Shown: positions 19,935 to 29,229 of the stretch, one piece after another
How the letters are laid out: every line of letters starts with the position of its first letter
Numbering within the stretch: position 1 is the stretch's first letter
Assembly (NCBI GenBank): GCA_002269645.1
Contig: NIVC01002167.1
Location: 1-30,630 of the forward strand
DNA: 30,630 nucleotides
Source of the DNA: Macrostomum lignano
Taxonomy: Eukaryota
Direction: 5' to 3'
Translations under genes and position numbers: made by a program
Notes under the pieces: model-generated
What the model was told of the DNA's origin: nothing
Databases searched by the model: none
What the model saw: only the letters and a program-made list of their open reading frames with translations

Positions 19935-21310
19935 GTTACAAGAATACTGCCAATCAATTTGGTTACTCGTCAAATTCAAATGATATAGCACCTGGAATAA
20001 CAATAGCGTTAGCTGATGATCGATACATCAATGAAAATGAAGGATATAAGAGAGAGGAAATAGATAATTTATTGTTAGCAAAGAGAAATGTTTCAGACTC
20101 TTATTCAAAGGAAGATAGTGACGCAATGAATATCACCATGCTACAATTAATTGACGATGCTCATGGGCGCGTAAACAATGTCTACACAAAAACCGAAACT
20201 GACACTAAGATGTATTCTAAAACTGAGATTGACACTAAGATGTATTCTAAAACTGAGATTGACACTTTGTTAGCAGAAAGGCAAGGTACTGTGCGGGGGT
20301 ACAAGAGTTCGAAATTAGTCAATATTCTTTCATTACTGACTTCAAACGCTTCCCATCCTGACATGAAAGTGACCGCTTCTCATAACTCTTCAGCAGCATA
20401 TCATGTTGCAGATTCAAACCCAGCTTCAGAATGGAGCAGTGTAGATGACTCAGACAAGTGGATACGATTTCAATTTTTGAAAAGAGCTAGGAAAGTTGTA
20501 GAGATAAAGTTGGAAGGAGAGGTGTGGCCTGGTTGGTCTGTTAGTGTGAGCCTAAATGGAACAAACTGGACACCTGTTGAACAAAGTGCACCCATTGAAC
20601 TACGAAGGGGCAATGCACATCTTAGGAAAAAAATACCCAATCCCTCATATTATTTCCATTATTCTCTTAATTTTTCTGGTTCCGTAAAGCTTACAAAAGT
20701 TGAATTACTTGAGAGACAAACAGTGGTTAATGATTTAGTGTGGCCTATAGATAGACTTCAAGCTGTACCAAAGCTATACGTAGACAATGCACTTGAATCA
20801 GTGGAGCTGCGACTAAGGCGGGGACTAGGTTTCAAATCTTATACAGGATATATTCCCTCACTAGCAACACGTCAAAACTATAGAGAAAGGGGTTTCAATG
20901 TAGCGTCATCAGGAGCATTTGAAACGTCAGATAATTGGGGTTATGTAGTATCTAATTCAGAATGGGCATCGAGGAATGAACCCAATTCTTACATTGAAGT
21001 ACAACTTCCCGAGTCTATTCAAATTTGGAAATTCGGATTGAAAGGAACCAAAGCAGTAGGTAGTGAAATTATAAAAAATCAACCAAAAAGTTTTATTCTA
21101 AAAGGTAGCAATAACAAGAGAGACTTTAAGAATATTTTTTCTACCGAAAACGCTGGTTTAGTTCCTGGAGTGATGAAGTATTTCGAAGTAGCTTCCACCG
21201 AAAAATTCTCCGTTTATAGAGTGCATATTAATTCGGCCACTGAAGGATCAACTGTTCTTATAGTTTCAGGCTTTCAACTTTATCCGATTTTAGACATAAT
21301 TGCCACATAA
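19931..21310 (+). CDS. Putative fibre/spike: tail-fibre-like repeats plus two discoidin/F5-8C-like beta-sandwich domains
   Basis: Five Y(S/T/K)(K/R)xExD repeats, including a perfect 30-bp duplication at 20201-20260. Two modules of the type TAS/ASS...EW...WI/YIxxQ(F/L)...GSN...W/F. Intact 459 aa. Confidence 0.65.
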   Translation: MSYKNTANQFGYSSNSNDIAPGITIALADDRYINENEGYKREEIDNLLLAKRNVSDSYSKEDSDAMNITMLQLIDDAHGRVNNVYTKTETDTKMYSKTEIDTKMYSKTEIDTLLAERQGTVRGYKSSKLVNILSLLTSNASHPDMKVTASHNSSAAYHVADSNPASEWSSVDDSDKWIRFQFLKRARKVVEIKLEGEVWPGWSVSVSLNGTNWTPVEQSAPIELRRGNAHLRKKIPNPSYYFHYSLNFSGSVKLTKVELLERQTVVNDLVWPIDRLQAVPKLYVDNALESVELRLRRGLGFKSYTGYIPSLATRQNYRERGFNVASSGAFETSDNWGYVVSNSEWASRNEPNSYIEVQLPESIQIWKFGLKGTKAVGSEIIKNQPKSFILKGSNNKRDFKNIFSTENAGLVPGVMKYFEVASTEKFSVYRVHINSATEGSTVLIVSGFQLYPILDIIAT

Positions 21311-21325
21311 AAATAATTGATAAAA

Positions 21326-22052
21326 ATGAACACATCTATCCTGTGGTTGAGCTGCATGAAGCAGATTTGAGGGAGCGGGACTATTTCAATCAGAGAAAGG
21401 GTGAAATCAAAGGCAGTATTGAATGCATTACTAAAGATCTTACAATTTATAGCAAAAAGGTAAAAAAGTACAAACGGCAAAGTAGCAGGATAAATTGGAT
21501 CAACATTGTGACAGGAAATGTAAGTCTCTTGGCTGCTACAGGAATTGGCATAGCAACATCGATACTGACATTGAATCCCTTAGTCATTGGAGTAGTAATC
21601 GGGGCAATGAGTGGTTTTGAAGCTGTAAAATCCACGTCGTTGTTTGCAACTGTGAAAATGCACTGCCAAAAGCAGAAGGCAAAATACATTGTTTTCAGAG
21701 ATCTGGCAAATCAATACAGAGAGAGATTGTATATTTACTCCCAAAAAGCAGTTGATGATTATAGATTAAATCTTGAAGAGGTTCAAGCAGCTACTGCAAT
21801 TTATTCAGAATACAGAGAGAAAAGAGATCAATTGTTAGACGCCTGTGTTGCGCCTGAAGAAGTTAACCATTCGGAAGTCGTTGATAAAATTCTCAAAGAG
21901 AGTAGACTTGGTCATTCAGCGAAGGAAAAAATAAAAAGGAACTGCTAGAGAAAGATCTGAGAGAAAAATTGGGTCTAGCTGATAAGCCAAAAGAGTACTC
22001 GGCAACACTCAATATTCAATCAAATGCTCCAAGTGCACCTCCCTACAATTAA
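21326..22052 (+). pseudogene. Polinton membrane protein with a central hydrophobic hairpin; reconstructed with two 1-nt corrections
   Basis: Core ORF 21343-21948 has KKYKR followed by a long hydrophobic segment. TAAAAATG at 21321-21328 is one base out of frame. An alternative frame after ~21935 ends ...NAPSAPPYN* at 22052. Confidence 0.65.
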
Positions 22053-22077
22053 TATTGTATAATTTTTTTTCTAGAAA

Positions 22078-22383
22078 ATGGCTGCAATAAAAGTTCTCCT
22101 AAATGCATACCAAGATGAAATAAAGCGCATTGATAGAGAAATACAAATAAATAACTTTAGGGTGGTGCATACACATCGTGGAATAATAGAACCGGATTAT
22201 GGATATATTGATAAATTAAGTGATCGCAAATGTTTTCTTGAAACTGCTATTGTTTTTGCAGAAGCATTTATTGAAGTTGAAATCGACAAGTTAGTTAAAA
22301 AAATAAAAGAGATCAGGAAGTATGTTGAGTTTAATGATCAGCGCAAGAAACTTCTTAAGCAATTGAATTGTTTGGTTTTTTAA
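22078..22383 (+). CDS. Hypothetical 101-aa helical protein
   Basis: ATG in AAAATG context. Ends 2 bp from the PolB stop (tail-to-tail). No recognised motif. Confidence 0.5.
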   Translation: MAAIKVLLNAYQDEIKRIDREIQINNFRVVHTHRGIIEPDYGYIDKLSDRKCFLETAIVFAEAFIEVEIDKLVKKIKEIRKYVEFNDQRKKLLKQLNCLVF

Positions 22384-22385
22384 AC

Positions 22386-25300
22386 TTATTTGAATCCATG
22401 AGGATGTGTTATAATTCCATTGGATTCAATGTATCTTTTGTCATCGAAAGGACTAATAGCCTTCTTATTTTGTTCTATTAAAGTCATGTTATGCTTGTCT
22501 GATCTAAGGCTATACACTTTCCTATAGACTGGTTCGTTATAATCAAGTAGTATATTTCTATAGTCATCATATTGTACATGATGCTTCACTGTTGACTTTG
22601 AGATTCCCTTTAATTTTTTCTCTTCCTTCCCTTCCTTTTGAGTGCTGACATAAACTGTTTTAAATGAATATGCTTTCGATCTTAGAGCGGTTACTTCTGT
22701 CATTATGCAATCATATTTTGCCAATTCATCCTTGAATGTTCCCAGCTTTCCACAATTAGTCATATCATGTAAATCAATCGGAAGATTTTTTGTATACAGC
22801 GACAAATCGAAATGCTCCTTCATCTGAGCAATGTCTTTATAAATATTTTCTGTCTTTATATGAAGAATGAATGAGTCGGTGTCAGAGGTAACAATCTCAA
22901 CATTATCCCCCCATTTGGACTTGAAAACTTTGTAAAATGTTTCATACATATGCAATTTCGAGAGATCCAGAATTGCTTGTCCAGCGTATGTTGGCTTTGT
23001 TCCAAGAGGGATATTCTTAGGTCGCTGGTGAATGCAAATTAGATTTTCATTGAAGATTTTGAAGTCTATGAAATCTGGCTTGGATATTATCTTAGATATC
23101 TCATCCTCACTTGTCAGCAACTCAAATCGCTTTCTCTTTTTAACATCCTCCATTGTCTTGCCAAAGATGCTTACATTAAGCATTTTGAACTGATTGTCTT
23201 CGAACTCAATTTTTGCTTCTTTTGCCTTCTTTCTTTCTATCGTATTAAACTCGATATACTCCTTTAACCATGGCTTTTCATTGAATGAAATCGTCCTATG
23301 TACTTTTGTCACTTTCAAGCCCATCTCTTCATAGAATCGCAATAGCTTATGATGTACGATATATTTTGTTTTATTTTTTAAATTAAGGATCAATTTAGGA
23401 ACTTTTCCAATCTTTTTCATTTCGACTTCTAGACATCCTTTCTGATATTCACTCAATTCACTTTCTGACACAGTTGTACTTTCAGGTGCTAATGGGAAGG
23501 CATACGTTTTCTTTTTTGATTCTTTTGTATATTCAAGATCACATTCAACAAGACAGCCCCGTCCTTCAGGAGGATTTTTATAATAGTTGGAATCAGCTTC
23601 CCATTTAGTCAGAAAAAGGAAGGGGTTCCAACATACTATAACCATAGAGATTTGTACAATCAACGTAAAGTAAGTAGGAAGTTGGTTTTTCTAAATCATA
23701 GCCTGGAAGATAAGGATTATTTGCCTTTACATATCGTGACCCTAGAACTCCGCTAAATCCACCTCTTATTCCACTATCAATCATATGAATCATATCGATA
23801 TCCGCCAGCAAGTCTAACTCAACTTTACTTTTCTTCAACCCAGCATTCCAACTCAATCCTGGTGCTGAGAAGCATCTGGCTGGATCAATCTCAAAGTGTT
23901 TCAGGAAGAATGTTCTATAGCGTTCGAATACATCTGCTAATAATAGAACGTCAACCTTAAGATACAGCATCATATAATCCTCCAAATTCTTACAATTAAA
24001 AGTTTTCCACATTTGTTTTGCAAAATCATATTCATCTGAAGAAATGTCTTCACCTTTCAACCTCGAGTAAAACTCTTTCAATGGTGGTAACTCAGTTTCT
24101 GCTAATCTTCCAAAGCTTCTGATATACTCATATGGGAATACACCCTTGCGCTTAACATATTGAAAATCGCTGTCGTTTTTAAAGTATTTCTTTGTTATGA
24201 TGAAGTCTTCATCCTTCAGGGACTTTGCGCAGATATCCAGCGAGGAAGCCAAGAACCTGTATGAATCTAGGAACCTCAGTACTACTTTGTTACATCCAAA
24301 CTCGAGAGAAATGTACTCTTCAGAAGTTTTAGATAGTGGAGGAAATAATTTATCCTCCATGATCTCTTTGCTCTTTAAGTGTGTCACTAAGAAGTGAAAG
24401 TCATAGTGGGATCCATTCTGGAAGTAGATTGGGATTACTCGCTTCTTACTTTCGAGAGCATTGCAGGATTTACAGGCAGCCCCTCTATATTTGCCACTAT
24501 AGTGACAATGTTCTCTTACCTTACCTAGCTTAAGTGTGAAGTCATTTTTACAATTCGCACATTTTTCAGCCCTGTAAAACTCTTTCCATTGTTGCTTTGT
24601 GATCTTATATTTACTTATATTATTGCTCTTGTTCAGACATTTTTGCACCAAGATTCTATAGTAACTTTACTGTCAATTTCCTTCACATGCACCTTCATAT
24701 CTGGAACCATATCAAACTCCTTCTCGCATATGTAGCATTGTTTAGCCTTACAGTAAGAAGCCTCCTCTTGCGCTGTCAAATTATGATTAATATGCTTAGG
24801 CTCCTTCAGACCATTCTTAATTTGTTGATGAATTTCAACCATTCTATCAACATATTTTTCCTTGGCATCTGTGCCACAATATCCTTCATACTTCGATTTA
24901 ATTGTTGTTTATAGTTTATAGCTCGTACTTTTAGTACTTTATATAGTAATTGTCAGATACATAATATTGATTAATATTGTTAATGCAAATAGCTGTGCGT
25001 ATCCCTTTCTAGAAAGTTCAATAAATATTCAATACAGTATCGTACCGATATGAACTAACAACCATAGATACACAGGAGCAAATAGCTGTTGAAAAAGCTG
25101 TTGAAAAAACTTCAACATTAATTACCTCGGGTAACTCAGAATGGATATAAAAACCGTAAGCTATTGCGTTCTGATTTGCTACTTTTAGAGTATATGACTC
25201 TTTGTCTAAAATCTTAGTGAAGCTTTTACTTTGTGCTTCAATGGGTTCAGTTGTTGCTTCAAAGTCAGCATAGATAGCGATGGGTAGCTTTAGTTTGAAT

Positions 25301-26430
25301 ATATGATTTTTAAATTTCAGCTTCGATTCTTCCTTAGGTAATTTATAATGACCAGGTGCATTTTTACCGCACAACCTTGAGTGCTCGGCCAACACGGTTT
25401 CACTTGTGTAAACAGTCATGCATGTTCTGCATAAAAATGACTTGTGATTTACACGCTTTCCAGTTTGTTTTGAAACTAATGTTGTAAGATTTTTTATCAG
25501 ACAATAATGAGTCTTACCATCTTCCTCCAAGTATAGTAAATCTACTACATAAGTTCGTTGATTATGAGGTGAGACATAGAGATGTTGTAGTGTATCTGGG
25601 AATTTACCTTCATAATACAGCACATTAACAGCAAACTCTTCATTTAGTCTTTCAAACTTTTTTATATCTTTTATTCTCATGGGGAATTGGATATCGGTGA
25701 GATTAAGTTCTTTTTCATATGGTTTATATTTTGACACTCGATAACCATCTTTATTTTGTGGATGTTTAACAGCTAATACACACCAGAGGAAGCATTTCTC
25801 ATCATCATTCTGAATGTTAAGAATTGATAGACATTTTTTAACTTCATTGTTAGTAAAGAAGGATCCTCCCTGAATGCTAGAAACCTTGGCAACTCTGATG
25901 TAGATAGATTTTATCTGCACAAAGACATTATCTGATCCCTTCTCACAGAACTCATCAATGAACTTTTCCAATATCTTCTGTCTTTCGGTAAGGGCAGCGT
26001 CATACTGTGAATCTGACTGAATATTGTAGAATCCACTTTCATTGTCATAGACTGTGAATGGAGGAATGTCTTCGTTAAAATTCTTTTTGAATTCTAGTTC
26101 AAAATGCAAGTTGAACTTACTCCGTCCACCATCTCTAACTTTCTCCAACACTGCTTTAATTGCATCTTCATACTGAATAAAAACCTTTGTTATATAACCT
26201 TCATTAACATTCCTAATGACGTACTCTGAAATTTCTGACTTCTTATTATACTTCTCTCTAAAGGATTTATGTAGTATTATTTCATCACCAATCTGCGGAG
26301 CTGCCACTTCATCTTCTTTGGACTCCGCTATAGGCTCATTATCTGTGTGCTTTTGCTGCTGACGCCGAAACCGCTCAGCTTGAATGTATTGTTCAAATTC
26401 TTCATCACTCATCTTTCTGAGTTGTTCCAT
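22386..26430 (-). pseudogene. polB: Protein-primed family B DNA polymerase, split by a solo LTR and two frameshifts (~24650, ~23607)
   Basis: ExoI IYADFEA, EndoVII-like REHCHYSGKYRGAACKSCN, ExoII QNGSHYDFHF, ExoIII YLKVDVLLLADVFE, Pol A YVDCTNLYG, Pol B KMLNVSIFGK, Pol C SDTDS, plus KAY, KGI and DDKR. Confidence 0.95.
24903..25117 (+). mobile_element. 215-bp solo LTR inserted in PolB
   Basis: TGTTG...CAACA ends, TTAAT duplicated at 24898-24902 and 25118-25122, and AATAAA near 25020. Removing it restores ELPEVIKSKYEGYCGTDA in frame. Confidence 0.88.
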
Positions 26431-26540
26431 TTTTTATAAAATAAATTTAGCAGGAAAATTATGTAATGACGTTATAAATTTATTGTGGCATCCACACGAT
26501 TAAGCAATTAGAAATGTATAAGCGATATTACAATAGGCAG

Positions 26541-26953
26541 AAAAAGAACCAGATACTGCAGTATTCGATGTGAAAAAGCAGCGAGCAAAAAAGAACCAGA
26601 TACTGCAGTATTCGATGTGAAAAGCAACGAGCAAAAAAGAACCAGATACTGCAGTATTCGATGTGAAAAAGCAACGAACAAAAAAGATCCAGATACTGCA
26701 GTATTCGATGTGAAAAAGCAACGAGCAAAAAAGAACCAGATACTGCAGTATTCGATGTGAAAAAGCAACGAGCAAAAAAGAACCAGATACTGCAGTATTC
26801 GATGTGAAAAAGCAACGAGCAAAAAAGAACCAGATACTGCAGTATTCGATGTGAAAAAGCAACGAGCAAAAAAGAACCAGATACTGCAGTATTCGATGTG
26901 AAAAAGCAACGAGCAAAAAAGATCCAGATACTGCAGTATTCGATGTGAAAAAG
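26541..26953. repeat. Tandem array of nine ~47-bp units, each with the 12-bp palindrome ATACTGCAGTAT
   Basis: Unit AAAAAAGAACCAGATACTGCAGTATTCGATGTGAAAAAGCAACGAGC. Nine palindromes counted. Units are near-identical, with no spacers. Confidence 0.97.
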
Positions 26954-27013
26954 AATAGTCAGCATAATGAGAGTCAGATGTTATGATTCACAACGCGCGC
27001 AATAAGATTTTCG

Positions 27014-27649
27014 TCAGATCAGAAGTGCATCTTCCTCCTCTTCCTCCAGCATCTCCAGGGCTTTCTCAGCGTACTTGATTATAGAACGTAGGCGAAACAG
27101 TGAGATGCCACAACGCCACAGAATTGGATGTGCTGTGCTTAGACGAGCCACTCGGACTAAATAGTTCCCCCACGCCGACTTAAAGCGTAGTCTAGACAAA
27201 AATACTTTATACTCCTCGTCACTCAATGAAAGCTTCATTCTTATTAATATCTGACCAGACTTAATTCCATACTGCAAGCCCCGGCACTGTAGCTCGTTTA
27301 TCATTTTATCAATGGAATTAAGTTCTGTAATTGCATCCTGAAATTGATACTCTCCGTCCATAAATTCATTAATCTCTCCCGGCTCTTGATGCTCCATCGA
27401 ATCCCGCAGTATTTTAGCAGCTTCTGCTATTCGTTCCTTTGTCTTGTCCACTCTCTCCAATCTACCTCGAAAAGTTGGAATAGCAAACTTCTTCCTATTA
27501 AATTTTCTAGCAACCTTGTTGTATTCTCCTATCCATTTCTTACAATGCTTTAAATCCCCACTACAAAAAATCTTCTTGATAAGACTATCGAGGTCGGATT
27601 CGAATGATGCCATTGCTGCCTCCATACGGGATTCTAAAATGTAGGGCAT
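27014..27649 (-). CDS. Hypothetical 211-aa Polinton accessory protein, possibly helical DNA-binding
   Basis: Intact ATG-started frame. The C-terminal half (GQILIRMK...FLSRL...YLVRVARL...LWRCGIS) looks like a small helical bundle. Acidic tail. Confidence 0.6.
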   Translation of the reverse strand: MPYILESRMEAAMASFESDLDSLIKKIFCSGDLKHCKKWIGEYNKVARKFNRKKFAIPTFRGRLERVDKTKERIAEAAKILRDSMEHQEPGEINEFMDGEYQFQDAITELNSIDKMINELQCRGLQYGIKSGQILIRMKLSLSDEEYKVFLSRLRFKSAWGNYLVRVARLSTAHPILWRCGISLFRLRSIIKYAEKALEMLEEEEEDALLI

Positions 27650-27839
27650 TATAACTATTTAGTATCAAAATCAACACAAGAACAAAACTCTTATTTCTTA
27701 CCTTTTCGTTGTTGCTGAGTTGTGTGATTTATATGTTCGCTCTGTTTGCTTTAGTCTGTCTGATAAACGTGTGTTGTATTGCTTCCAAAACTAAAGCGGG
27801 TTTTTATCAAGCCACCTAAGCGACTTCTTACATGCGCAC

Positions 27840-28141
27840 TGAGTCATGAAAATAGAGAAAAAACTGCCATGGCCGTGCTTTAGAGTTGGGGTTTAAGAGG
27901 TGCTCAATTCCTGCTGCAGCATGCTGATATTCAAAACCTATTGATAAAGGAACAATAAATTCTTATTGACTCAACTGCTAAACTGTTAGGGTTAGGTTAG
28001 TTGCTTTGCTTCATTCTTGATGCGAAAAGCTAGAAAGAATGTTGAGTCATTCTGCTTTAAAGAAAAAAGGAACATAGTTTCTTTCAGTGTGCATTGTGCA
28101 GTGCGATGCCGAGCTTCTCAAGTAACTACAATTCTGACTCA
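27840..28141. promoter_or_regulatory. Cluster of four AP-1-type sites (TGASTCA) in a divergent intergenic region
   Basis: TGAGTCA at 27840, TGACTCA at 27967, TGAGTCA at 28043 and TGACTCA at 28135. Confidence 0.5.
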
Positions 28142-28211
28142 TGTGGGTAGACTTTTTTCTGCATCTGGCATGAGCCTGCAAGTTGCATTCTTTTCACCCA
28201 TTGTCGCTTTC

Positions 28212-28301
28212 TCATTGGCTGCCAAAATTTCTGCCAAAATTTCTGCCAAATCTTGCGACCAAAATTTCTGCCAAAAAAGTTTTGGTTTTGGCAACCAATG
28301 A
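28212..28301. repeat. Mini hairpin element with internal CTGCCAAAATTT units (copy 2)
   Basis: TCATTGGCTGCCAAAA...TTTTGGCAACCAATGA. Same orientation as copy 1 but unrelated flanks. Confidence 0.8.
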
Positions 28302-28377
28302 TAATACATCATAGTGTAAATAGTGTATTTTATATTGCCCAAGCTTCAGTTGTGTTTTTATGTGATCAAGCTGAAAA

Positions 28378-28812
28378 ATGCCATCAGAAATAGAACTGCG
28401 AAAGCGATACAAGGAACATAAAAAAGCATTTGAGGAAACTGAGCGGAAGATTCGAATACTCCTACCTTCAACTTTATTTGCTGGCCTAGATCCCGAAACA
28501 TTAATTGCTCGACTTAAAGGAGCTGATGTCCATCGGTCATTTAAGAAGGAAACAGCTCTTCTAAACCTGCTAAAGGAGAATCTGTCCAAGCGTAGAAGTA
28601 TGCAGACCTATGCTATTCAGTTTCGCAATTTGGAAGCTGATGTGCGGGATTTGACAGCTGTGGAGAATGAAGTATCGCCACCACCATCACCACCACCACC
28701 ATATCAAGGCAGTGCTGCAACTGCTGATCAAGCTCGTGGTACAACTGATGATCAAGCTCGTGCTACAACTGATTATCAAGCTCCTGCTACAACTGCTGAG
28801 ACCACTGACTGA
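28378..28812 (+). CDS. Hypothetical 144-aa accessory protein with PPPSPPPPY and 8-aa repeats
   Basis: ATG in GAAAAATG context and an intact frame. Charged helical N-terminus, SPPPSPPPPY, then (A/T)(A/D/T)DQAR-like repeats from a ~24-bp tandem. Confidence 0.6.
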   Translation: MPSEIELRKRYKEHKKAFEETERKIRILLPSTLFAGLDPETLIARLKGADVHRSFKKETALLNLLKENLSKRRSMQTYAIQFRNLEADVRDLTAVENEVSPPPSPPPPYQGSAATADQARGTTDDQARATTDYQAPATTAETTD

Positions 28813-29229
28813 CTAATTTGAACTGCTCTATTGACTGTAGTACGATTATATGTACAATTAATTTTAAGAAATCAGTGAGAGTACACTTATACCCATAGAG
28901 CTGATGCTTTATCAACATAAATTCTTTAATTAATCGTAAAAGACGCAAAAACCCTTACTTAAACCCTTACCGGATTTAAGTATGTCATTACATCAGTTTT
29001 CTACCTTTAATGCTATATAACTTATTTAGAAGTAATTGCAGCTATATTCATGCGGAGGTGCTAATTTAAAATTAGTTTAAATACTTTATGATTTTAATCT
29101 TTACTTCAACATATCATAATTACTAAATAAATTTTTGGTTAAGTAAAATTCAACTGAGGGTCGCGGACTTAAAGCCCGATGACTAGCAAGGACATTGACT
29201 TCCTCACTGAGGCCACATGGTGACCTGCG

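Noticed and set aside
3563-21689. Numerous short antisense or alternative-frame ORFs overlapping BEL, M13 and Polinton genes
   Set aside because: They have no motifs and overlap well-supported genes on the other strand or frame.
24890-25126. Spliceosomal intron in PolB (GAG|GTAATT ... AAG|TAT would be in frame)
   Set aside because: TG...CA ends, a perfect 5-bp duplication and exact frame restoration fit a solo LTR better, and there is no polypyrimidine tract. Only RNA data could fully exclude splicing.
26500-26965. Hydrophobic repeat ORFs, and a possible CRISPR array
   Set aside because: The ORFs are by-products of the 47-bp tandem. The units are contiguous and near-identical with no unique spacers, there are no cas genes, and the context is eukaryotic.
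27986-28000. Telomere-like TTAGGGTTAGGTTAG
   Set aside because: Fewer than three units, which is expected by chance.
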